DNA of 64,000 nucleotides from Myxococcota bacterium (GTDB lineage Bacteria > Myxococcota_A > SURF-8): NCBI GenBank assembly GCA_963674735.2, contig CAXXQS010000002.1, positions 544,001-608,000 on the forward strand, in the 5' to 3' direction. Below the pieces are notes generated by a model. That model saw only the letters and a list, made by a program, of their open reading frames with translations. It was not told where the DNA came from and searched no databases. Below, one piece after another: positions 9,309-18,500 of the stretch. Each line of letters starts with the position of its first letter. The first letter of the stretch is position 1. The translations under genes were made by a program, and so were the position numbers.

Positions 9309-9839
9309 TCATGGCATCATCATGTCGTCAAGCCGCCTCAATGGCAACGGTCCGGATTCACCGGTTTCGTAGGTCAAGGCCGAAGACCAATACCAATCTT
9401 CGGGTTTGCGGACATACTGCTTTTTGACCGGATTATTATGAATGTAGTTCATTTTTTGGAAATAAAACGTTTCCGACACCAACGGTTCAGGCATGTTCGT
9501 CCGTTTCCAGAATTCATATGTCCCGGATTCGGTTCTGAATAGTTGCAATAACCCAGGCTCAGTCTGTTCGATGTTTTTTCTCAGTTCACGAGCCGTGAAG
9601 CTTTTGAAATCTCGCAAAAATCCGCTTACGTCCTGAGATTGGACGATCAAATGCAAATGATTGAGCATGAATACATAGCCATGGATGCTCAAGGCCTTTT
9701 CCTGAACCAGAAAACGCAGACTATCCGCAAGAATCTCCCACCGGTTGTGGCGGTCGAGGATGTAGTACCAGAGTCGGATTGTCGGAGTGACAAAATAATA
9801 TTGATCCTTCTCTTCTTTTGAAATTCGTATCGCTGGCAT
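9309..9839 (-). mobile_element. REP-associated tyrosine transposase (RAYT / TnpA-REP, HUH Y1 family)
   Basis: YYFVT N-terminus, HUH motif YVFMLNHLHLI, RDFKSFTA, FWKR, catalytic YIHNNPV and WYWSSA. Flanked by palindromic repeats. Confidence 0.9.
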
Positions 9840-9884
9840 GATGGAAGTATAACAAAATGAAGTGACAATGCAAAATACATGCTT

Positions 9885-9932
9885 GAGATGAAGACAACCA
9901 TGCGGAGCAGGACAGAGCCCTGCTCCTGCTTA
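9885..9932 (+). repeat. REP-like palindromic repeat, family A copy 3
   Basis: GAGATGAAGACAACCATGCGGAGCAGGACAGAGCCCTGCTCCTGCTTA with a perfect 8-bp stem. Confidence 0.85.
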
Positions 9933-9941
9933 GGGCTTACG

Positions 9942-10017
9942 GGGTGCCATGGGCCAAGCCTTTGGCTTGCCCATGCTGTTTTCACGGGCAAACCTGACGG
10001 TTTAGCCCGTGCCACCC
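9942..10017. repeat. Inverted doublet (REPIN/BIME-like) of a second palindrome family B
   Basis: GGGTGCCATGGGCCAAGCCTTTGGCTTGCCCATG (9942-9975) faces a reverse-strand copy GGGTGGCACGGGCTAAACCGTCAGGTTTGCCCGTG (9983-10017). Each copy forms its own hairpin. Confidence 0.75.
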
Positions 10018-10185
10018 ATCATCAATCGAAAATTATTCGAGACTCAATCATAATTGTAACGCCCTGGCCTACAACGCATTCGCTTGCGTCCGCGCGCGCC
10101 TTGCAGTACCATGCTGCTCATCTCGATGAGGAGTCCGCTCCCGATTTCCGAAAACAGAACCCGAATCATCACGGCAGGTGACGCG

Positions 10186-11961
10186 ATGCAAAAATCTCTT
10201 CTGGCCACACTCGTCCTGGCGGTCTTTCTTTTCTGCGGCTGCGGAGGCAGCGACAGCGACCCGCTGAACGATCCGGACGGCGATAGCGATTCCTCCGGCG
10301 ACGCCGACGCCCCCACCCCCGATGGCGACGACGATGTGGATGGCGACAGTGAAAACGCGGGCGAAAACGAAAGCTGGGATTACCGCGAAGCCTGGTCCGG
10401 TCCGCAGGAAGCCTGGTCCGCCTGCCCGGAAAGCGAGCTGCTTGGCGGCATGAGCCTCAAAGACAAAGCCGCCTACTACGATTGGATCGTGCCCAAGCTG
10501 CACCAAGTGCCCGCCGACGCCCCCGGCCATGAAGCCTACTCGCGCGTCTTCGGCCTGCGCTGCGATGCGCCGGTTCCCACCAGCATCGTGGCGGATGACC
10601 AGCTGCCGACCTGCGAGCACCGCTTGAGCGAGAACAACGGCCTGTGGACCAGCCTCTACGTCGCCTCCCAGGCCTTCCGCTACGCCGCCACCGGCGAGGC
10701 GGAAGCCTTGACTCAATTGCGCCGCACCCTGAACGGCACCTACCAGATGCTGCTGATCACCGGCAAACCCGGCCTGTATACGCGCGACTTCCGCGACCCC
10801 GGCCTGCCGCAACAATATTGCATCGAAGATGAAGAGCCGTACCTGAGCGCCGCCACCGACAACGAGCGCTACGCCCGTTACGTGCCGCCCGGTAGCGACA
10901 TGAAGGGCAATCAGTTCGTCAAAATCGACACGGACGGCTGTTTCAAAACCTGGGATCCGAGCCTGAACGACGGCGCGGGCGACTGGCTGAAGGACACGGC
11001 CCATTGCACCGACACCCGCTTCGCCGGTTTCTGCTGGCAGATGAACGTCAGCAAGGACGAGCTGGCCGGGCATATGTTCGCGGCGGGCATCGTGGCCAAG
11101 ATCGTGGACGACGCCGAATCCCGCCAAATCGCGCTCGACATCCTGGGGCAGGTGGGCCACCACCTCGTGGATCACAATTTCTGGCTCAACGACTACGACG
11201 GCCGCAACACGCGCTACGGCTCGGCCCATGCGCTGTCGATGGACGAAGTGCCCGGTTCCAACGCCCTGATGGCGCTGGCCTGGATCAAGGAAGCGGCGGT
11301 GGTCACGGGCGACGCCGAGCTGGCGGACGCCTACTACGACTGCCTGCTGCAGATGTCGGGTGAAAACGCCTGCATCGATCAGCTTTTCGAAACCCCCAAA
11401 GACTACCGCGAATACCTGCACAGCATGGGCCTGGCCCTCGGCTGCAGCTCCAACTACGACACCATTTCCATCGCCGTGCTCAACTATTTCAACCTGATCT
11501 GGTTCGAAGAAGATGCAGAGCTGCGCGCCACCTACCGCGATTATTTTCATGCCAACACGCACGGCCCCGACAGCGCCGGACGCGATCTTTGGAACGAGGG
11601 CGACCCCTTCAAGAATTTCATTCTGGTCAGCCGCATGGAAGCGGACGACTACGACTCCGAGGATGCGCGCAAGCTCGTCGGCGACGCAATCTGCTCCCTC
11701 AAACGCTTTCATACCGATCAGATGCGCCGCGCCCAGGACAACTCCGACACCGCCGAATGGTGCCAGTCCCAACGCCACGGCAGCCTGGCCGAGCAGCCCA
11801 TCCCGGTGGAGAAGCGCTGCTCGTCGGTTTTCGAATGGTGGGGCGACCCCAACGAGCGCGAGGTCTGCGCCGAGAATCTGACGGATGTCAGCCCCCCGGC
11901 GGGCTATCTGCTGCCCTACTGGATGGGCCGCTACTTCGGCTACATCGACGCCGAGCTGTAA
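10186..11961 (+). CDS. Uncharacterised lipoprotein, probable helical-barrel (six-hairpin glycosidase-like) enzyme
   Basis: Probable start MQKSLL, lipobox FCGC, DGD acidic linker, conserved-looking SENNGLWTSLYVASQAFRYAATG, SKDELAGH and YLLPYWMGRYFGYI. The fold assignment is inference. Confidence 0.7.
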   Translation: MQKSLLATLVLAVFLFCGCGGSDSDPLNDPDGDSDSSGDADAPTPDGDDDVDGDSENAGENESWDYREAWSGPQEAWSACPESELLGGMSLKDKAAYYDWIVPKLHQVPADAPGHEAYSRVFGLRCDAPVPTSIVADDQLPTCEHRLSENNGLWTSLYVASQAFRYAATGEAEALTQLRRTLNGTYQMLLITGKPGLYTRDFRDPGLPQQYCIEDEEPYLSAATDNERYARYVPPGSDMKGNQFVKIDTDGCFKTWDPSLNDGAGDWLKDTAHCTDTRFAGFCWQMNVSKDELAGHMFAAGIVAKIVDDAESRQIALDILGQVGHHLVDHNFWLNDYDGRNTRYGSAHALSMDEVPGSNALMALAWIKEAAVVTGDAELADAYYDCLLQMSGENACIDQLFETPKDYREYLHSMGLALGCSSNYDTISIAVLNYFNLIWFEEDAELRATYRDYFHANTHGPDSAGRDLWNEGDPFKNFILVSRMEADDYDSEDARKLVGDAICSLKRFHTDQMRRAQDNSDTAEWCQSQRHGSLAEQPIPVEKRCSSVFEWWGDPNEREVCAENLTDVSPPAGYLLPYWMGRYFGYIDAEL

Positions 11962-12494
11962 GCGCGTTCACCCCGGCTCGCGTTGAAATTCAATCGAGGC
12001 CGGGATAATCGAACAGGTCATCCTGCTCACGTAACATATTCTCTTGACGGCTTCCACGCGGTAGTCACGGCCCGGCCACGGCCGCAAACAGACGACCGCA
12101 CAAACCAGCAGCCTGTCCACTTCGCGCCATTTGAGTTGTTCTCGGATGTTTACGTTTGTATTATGAGTCCACCGCTGCTTTTTTGTCAACTCCCGTTTTC
12201 ATTCATTGTCGGCTTTCCATCGATTCTCCAGCCGTTACCCGAACCCGTAAAACACATTCCGTCGCCCGTGCTCAACATATCTATCACACGAGAATTACAC
12301 CGTTATTTTTGTCACATCCGAGAGTCCGGTTCTTGTTTAGGGAATAATATCCGTCCGCAACTTTTCTAAAAGGGGTATCGACGATGAGACTTAAGGACTC
12401 ATTGTCGATAGAACTTCAGAGCGGGCACGCCTATCTGTTCTGGTTCTATATGCCCATTAAAACTCATACGAACATCAAATTCGAGGAGGATCTC

Positions 12495-13964
12495 ATGAAA
12501 ATCTTAACCGGCTTTACCAAATATTGGTTTCTAACCGTCTTTCTGCTAGCCACCCTGATTCTGGCTTCCGGCTGCGGAGATGACGATGACGAGATGTCCG
12601 ATGGCGACACCCCCGACGGCGACACCCCCGACGGCGACGATCCCGATGGCGACGATCCCGACGGCGACGATCCCGACGGCGACGATCCCGATGGCGACGA
12701 GCCTGGTGATACTACTTCCATCCGCGCCCTGCATCTCTCGCCCGACGCCCCGGCGGTGGACATCCTGGTTAACGGCGCCCTGCGTGCGGTAGAAGATCTG
12801 GAATTCCCTGATGGTACCGACTACTTGGACGTCCCTGCGGGCACCTACACCTTTGACATCGTTCCCGCCGATGGCGAAATCGGCGACAGCGTGCTCAACA
12901 TCGCCGATCTGGACCTGATGGCGGACACTTATTACACCGCCGTCGCCTACGACGAGCTCGGCTCCATCAAGGCCCTGGCCCTGGTGGACGACCTGAGTGA
13001 CACCGACATGGGCATGATTCGCGTGCGCGCCATTCATACGGCTGCGGGCGTGGGTCAGGTCGACATCTGGAACATCCCCGAAACGGGCGATCCCGCCATT
13101 ATTTACGAAAATGTCGATTTCGGTGTGGCGGGCGACTATCTCGACCTCCCGGCCGGTGCCTACACCCTGGGTTTCGACGTCGATGACGACGCCACCCCCG
13201 ACCTGGTCTTCGAAACGCCCGACCTGGCCGAAGGCAGCATTCTGAACGTCTTTGCGGTCAACGACGGCACCCAGGTCTTCCTGCTGGCCCAGTTCGCCGA
13301 CGGCACCACCGCCAGCATCAACGCGACGCCCGCACCGGCCAACATCCGCGCCCTGCACCTCTCGCCCGACGCTCCGGCGGTGGACGTATATGTCAACGGC
13401 ACGATAAAGGCCTTCTCCGATTTGAGCTTCGGTGATTTCAGCTCCTTTGCCGAGTTGGATCCGGGCGATTATGATCTGGACATCACGGCCAAAGACGACA
13501 CGGTAGCCAATGCGGTCCTGAGCGTCGATGGCGCCTCGCTGGCGAGTGGCGTCTACTACACCGCCGTCGCCTTCAACGAACTGGCCAGCATCCAACCGCT
13601 GCTTCTCGAAAGCAATTATAGCGATACCGCGATGGGTGAAATCCGCGTGCGCGCCATTCATACGGCCGTGGACGTGGGTCAGGTCGACATCTGGAACATT
13701 CCCGAAACGGGCGATCCCGCCATTATTTACGAAAATGTCGACTTCGGTGTGGCGGGCGGCTATCTCGACCTTCCGGCCGGTGCCTACACCCTGGGCTTTG
13801 ACGTGGATGACGACGCCACCCCCGACCTGATCTTCGAAACGCCCGATCTGGCCGAAGGTACGATTCTGGATATCTTCGCGGTCAGAGACGATAGCGACAA
13901 CGTCTTCCTGTGGGCCGTGCCGATGAGCGGCGATGCCGTGCGCATCGATCCCTCGGCTATCTGA
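12495..13964 (+). CDS. Lipoprotein with tandem DUF4397-type domains
   Basis: GAGGAGG RBS before MKILTGF, LASGC lipobox, PDGD repeats, and two ~208 aa modules each starting IRALHLSPDAPAVD. Confidence 0.85.
   Translation: MKILTGFTKYWFLTVFLLATLILASGCGDDDDEMSDGDTPDGDTPDGDDPDGDDPDGDDPDGDDPDGDEPGDTTSIRALHLSPDAPAVDILVNGALRAVEDLEFPDGTDYLDVPAGTYTFDIVPADGEIGDSVLNIADLDLMADTYYTAVAYDELGSIKALALVDDLSDTDMGMIRVRAIHTAAGVGQVDIWNIPETGDPAIIYENVDFGVAGDYLDLPAGAYTLGFDVDDDATPDLVFETPDLAEGSILNVFAVNDGTQVFLLAQFADGTTASINATPAPANIRALHLSPDAPAVDVYVNGTIKAFSDLSFGDFSSFAELDPGDYDLDITAKDDTVANAVLSVDGASLASGVYYTAVAFNELASIQPLLLESNYSDTAMGEIRVRAIHTAVDVGQVDIWNIPETGDPAIIYENVDFGVAGGYLDLPAGAYTLGFDVDDDATPDLIFETPDLAEGTILDIFAVRDDSDNVFLWAVPMSGDAVRIDPSAI
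12600..12704 (+). repeat. 15-nt coding tandem repeat, 7 units encoding DGD(T/D/E)P
   Basis: Read directly from the sequence. Confidence 0.92.
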
Positions 13965-13992
13965 TTTATCCCGTTCAACTACGTCCATACAT

Positions 13993-14025
13993 GCCCCCCC
14001 GGTTTGGCCGGGGGGGTTCTATTTT
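13993..14025 (+). terminator. Intrinsic terminator
   Basis: GCCCCCCCGG-TTTGG-CCGGGGGGGT stem then TCTATTTT. Confidence 0.7.
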
Positions 14026-14180
14026 GTAGCCCAGCCGCATCGTCAATACGTGCCGAATAGTAATTCCCGAGCAACCCCACCACGGCAAGCTCCGGTTTAC
14101 CCTCCACTTACAGCTTGCTCTCAGCAAACAATTGGTGTAGAAGAGGGCGAGTGAATTCCTACTAATTCTCGGAGGTAAAC

Positions 14181-15446
14181 ATGAAACGAAAACTGTCGTG
14201 CTGTCTTCTGCTGTCGATTTGTGCGTTCTTCGTTCTGACCGGCTGCAACGACGATTCGTCGGAGAGCGACACGGACGGCGATATGGACGCCCAAGCGGAC
14301 GGCGACATGAGTGAAATGGAACAGGTCGAATGCCGCACCGACGACAGTTGTCTGATCCGGCTGTTGGAAGAAAGCAACGTGCGCGAATGCTTCCTCACCA
14401 ACCCGGATGTCGATTGCCTCAGCTACACCCAGGAAGAGCAGGATTACGTTTCTTTCGATGATGGCCGCACCATCAAAACCCTGTGCGAAGAAGAAGCCGA
14501 TCAAACCGCCTGCGACCTGATCCTTTCGGTCGACGGCGAAAAATGCGGCATGATCAAGCTTTTCTCCGACGCGAACGGGGAGGTCACGGAATACCGCTAT
14601 CTGACGTTGGATGACGACGCCACCGAAGAGGATGAAGGCGAAACCTACAGCGTCAAACTCGAAGGGGACAACATTCTCGTGACCTGCGCCGACGAGAGTG
14701 AAGAAAGCTACACGAAAGCCGAGTTCCTCGCCTGCGCGGCCGAAGTTCTGCCGCCCGCCGAGCCGGAATGCGCCACCGCCCGAACCCCGCATATCTATTG
14801 TGCCAGCGTTTCCGACTGCCCCGACGATGATGACCGACCCGTTTGCATCAACAACATCTGCGGAAGTTACGACGAAAACACGGACGGCGATGACCCCGAC
14901 GGTGATACGACCGACGGCGACACAACCGACGGCGATACGACCGACGGCGACACGACCGACGGCGATACCACCGACGGCGACGCGCCCGAGGCCCTTACCT
15001 GGACCGATCCGACAACCGGCTATGTCTGGCAGAAAGCGGATTTCGCTTACGTGCAATGGAACCCGGCCAAAACGCATTGCGACGATCTGGTGCTGGACGG
15101 ACACGACGACTGGCACCTACCCAGTATCGATGAATTGCGCACCCTGATTCGCGGCTGCCCGGCCACCCAGACGGGCGGTAGCTGCAACGTGAAGGACGGC
15201 GACTGCCTGACCGTTTATTGCAAAGACAACAGCTGCGTCGGTTGCGGAGACGGCAACGGACCGGACCCGCAAACCGGCTATTGGCCGGATGAGATGGACG
15301 GCGGCCGCGTTCTCGTCTGGTCATCCACGGCAGAGGTGATACCCGAAAAGCTGGGCCCGTATGCCTGGCTCGTGAATTTCTATTATGGCGCGGTGGATTT
15401 CGGTCACCAAGGACACATCAACTACGCCGTCTGCATGCGCAACTGA
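14181..15446 (+). CDS. Cys-rich lipoprotein with C-terminal DUF1566 (Lcl-type) domain
   Basis: GGAGGT RBS, LTGC lipobox, DGDTT repeats, and WTDPTTGYVWQK...WHLPSIDELRTL...WSST...AWLVNFYYG...AVCMR. Confidence 0.85.
   Translation: MKRKLSCCLLLSICAFFVLTGCNDDSSESDTDGDMDAQADGDMSEMEQVECRTDDSCLIRLLEESNVRECFLTNPDVDCLSYTQEEQDYVSFDDGRTIKTLCEEEADQTACDLILSVDGEKCGMIKLFSDANGEVTEYRYLTLDDDATEEDEGETYSVKLEGDNILVTCADESEESYTKAEFLACAAEVLPPAEPECATARTPHIYCASVSDCPDDDDRPVCINNICGSYDENTDGDDPDGDTTDGDTTDGDTTDGDTTDGDTTDGDAPEALTWTDPTTGYVWQKADFAYVQWNPAKTHCDDLVLDGHDDWHLPSIDELRTLIRGCPATQTGGSCNVKDGDCLTVYCKDNSCVGCGDGNGPDPQTGYWPDEMDGGRVLVWSSTAEVIPEKLGPYAWLVNFYYGAVDFGHQGHINYAVCMRN
14883..14987 (+). repeat. 15-nt coding tandem repeat, 7 units encoding DGD(TT/DP/AP)
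   Basis: Read directly from the sequence. Confidence 0.92.
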
Positions 15447-15509
15447 CATTTCACGGACGGGGCCCCTCGGCCCGCCGCCAAGCCGCCGAGCTCCGGCACC
15501 CGATACACG

Positions 15510-15537
15510 AAAGCCCCCGGCAAAACCGGGGGCTTTT
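15510..15537. terminator. Probable bidirectional terminator between convergent genes
   Basis: AAAGCCCCCGG-CAAAA-CCGGGGGCTTTT. Confidence 0.8.
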
Positions 15538-15559
15538 ATCGTTTAGAAAGCAACGCAGG

Positions 15560-18500
15560 TTAGGGACAGATCCACTCGCCGTCGTCACGTACGATGTTGA
15601 GTGAGAAAATCTGGCCCTGTGTGGTGACCTGGTTCCCGGCGGACACGCAGGTGGGGTTGATATCGCTGCCCGCATACATGCGCAAAGTCAGGTTGGCGGG
15701 AATCGGATCGCACACCCACTCCGTGGTGGGCACATCGCAACTGTTGCAGCAGATGCGCAGAATCAAGCAGAAAGGCTTGCAATCGCAATCGCACATATCG
15801 CAGTTGCTGGAATAATGCTTGAGCTTGGTTTCGTTACGGCAGTTCTCGGTAGGCGTAACGAACTCCGCCTTGACCGTGTAGGAGCCGTTTCCGGGGTCAT
15901 CATGACTCACGACTTCGGGCGAGTTGCCGTCGGGTGAGGATTGCTCGAACAACGGATGCCCCTGGCCGTAAGGCCCCCAGTTGGGCGACGGATTGCCCGA
16001 CCAGCAGTCGGAGACGTCCTTGAAGTAACCGCCCGGCCGCAGCCAGTGCATATCCACATTGCCGAGACCGGTCCAGACCATTTCCACGCGGATTCCCTGA
16101 TCGTGGTAGGTTTCCACCAGCATTTCCGCCTCATCCGTCACACCATCGGCATTTTCCACCTCCAGAATGACGGTGAAGACTCCGGCATCGCGGAAGGTGT
16201 AGGTGGCCTGCGAGGTGCCGACCGCGAAATTGAAGCGCTGCCCGTAAGCCTCCTGGATAAACCAGCGGTAGTCGGCCACGGCCGAGCCGTCCTCGTCTTC
16301 CGACAGGCTGCCGTCGAAGCAGATTTCGGTCCCGGTTTCGACGTAAAGCGAGGTGGCCAGCGTATCGCACTCGTAGAGGCGCGCCGTGGGCGTTTTCTCG
16401 ACATAGACGCGCAGCTTGGAATCCAGCAGCGTCTCATCCGACCAGGTGTCGCGTTCGTCTTTCACCCGCAGCGAGATGGTGTAAACGCCGTAATGGTCGA
16501 AACGCGCGGCGGTCAAATAGCCGTTGGTCGCACCGGTAAACGTAACCTTGCTCGGATCATCCACTTCCCAGAGATACTCGACCACCGAATCTTCGGTCTC
16601 CGGGGTTTCCGGATCGTCGTCCAGGTCGTAGGAGGCCGTGCCGTCCAGGTTGATTTCCTCACCCACGCGCACGTGCAGTTCGCGTGTTCCGTAGGGCCCC
16701 GCCGGAGTTCCCACCGGCGATTTGGCGATGGCGATGGGCGGGGTGTTGTTGCTGGAGGAACCGAAGATGTCGACGCTGTAGATCGGGTACTGAGCACCCG
16801 GATCCTCGTTGAGGCAATGGGCGTCTTTATCGGTGTGCACAATTTCCAGCGAGCGCGTGTGATAGGGCGTGCCGATGGTCGGCTCGAACTTGACGATCAC
16901 CGAAATATGGGTGGTGCCGTCACCGGGCAGCACGTAACCGCCCGCCGGCCAGGTGTCGATGGCGGGACTGATGCCGCCATCCGGGATACTGATATCGGGA
17001 GAGCCGCTACCCAAACGAATGTCTTCGATGGTGGCCGGACCGATGCCGATGTTGCGAATCACCACTTCCTGCGTCACCGGGTCGCCGCCCACCAGCACGT
17101 TGCGGAACACCACCTGACAACCCAACGGCGTCACATCCAGACGCGGATCGGTGGGCGTGGCGGTGAGGCAGATCTCATGGGCATCCATGGTCGGATCGTT
17201 GCAGTTGAACTGCGAGCCCGAGGCGTTGGAGGCATCCGAACACACCACCAGAACCCCGTTTTCGGGATAAGGATCGTCCGGTAGGAAAGAGACATCGAAG
17301 GCCAGCGAGCCCAGCGGAGGAATGACGTACGGCAGCGGCGGCGGATTCATTTCGAACTCGTCGCTGAAAATATTGGGGATCGAAATGCTGGCGATGGTCA
17401 AAGGCGCGGTGCCGTCGTTTGACAACACCACCTGTTTCGTCTCGCGCCAATCTTCCAACTCGGCCTCGCTGAGACCGGCCGGGGGCACCTGCACGTCATT
17501 GAACTCCAGACAACCGGTGGGACCGTTGATGTGCGGTTCGATGGCACAGGCGGTCAACTGAACCGTCTGGCTTTCGCAGCTTCCGGTCGAGAAAATGATG
17601 TTCATCTGCCCCTGGAAGTTGCCTTCGCTGGTGGCCTCGAACGCAACATCCAGGTTCAACTGGCTGTAGGGATCGATGGTAATGGGGAAGAAGAAGGCCC
17701 CGTCCAAGGAGAAATTGGACACCGGCGGATCGAACTGCACGTCCTGCACCACCACGCTGGCGTCCCCCGAATTGCTGACGACCACCGGCAGGATTTTGGA
17801 CGACCCTACGCGGATGCATTCGAAGTTGAGGTTCAGCGGATTGATGCCGCAGAAGGGCACCGTACCGGTACAATCAATAGGCACGTAGCGGTAATTGGGA
17901 TGCTGCGCGCGGTCGTTGGAGGTGACATCCAGATACGTGGAGTAAGCCTCGCGGCCTTTGGGGCAACAGGTGACGGCAAGAGCGTCGACCTCGTTGCATT
18001 CGAAGGGCGCCACCGTGAGCGGGAAGTAATCGGCCTCTTCACCCAGCGGCAGATCGAAGGAAAACACGCCATTGCGGTCGTCGCGCAGGGTGGCAAAATC
18101 GATTACCAGGTCCGCGCCGCCGTTGTTGCACAGGGTCACCGGACGCGACAGGCATTGATCCTTGGCCACGCTACCGATATGAATGGGATCGGGATTCACC
18201 GCCAGATCCGGCACCACACCCGCACCAACCAGCATCAAGGGGTAGGGGTCTTCCGGGTGGCCGTCACGGCGGGTATCATTGTGATCGATGAGCAGGTTAA
18301 GAGAATGGAATTCGGCCGAGCGCGGGTGGTAGATGAGGTTGAAGGTCTCCGTCTGCCCCGGCGCAAGCCAGATCTCGTTGTTATCGCCGTTGATATCGAT
18401 GCTCTGGCGATCGATGGCGAAATTTTCGGACAGCGGATTCTCCAATTCGATGTCGCTGATGATCAGAACCTTGTTGGATTCGGGGTTGAGCTTGTTGCGG

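Noticed and set aside
9309-9839. IS200/IS605 element with TnpB
   Set aside because: No tnpB is adjacent. The NPV and WSS C-terminal motifs and the multiple REP palindromes fit a RAYT.
5585-14987. Regular short repeats as a possible CRISPR array
   Set aside because: The units are contiguous 15-mers in frame within proteins, with no unique spacers and no cas genes.
14181-15446. DUF1566 protein as the target of a diversity-generating retroelement
   Set aside because: No reverse transcriptase and no template-repeat copy of the 3' region seen in this window. A remote DGR cannot be excluded.
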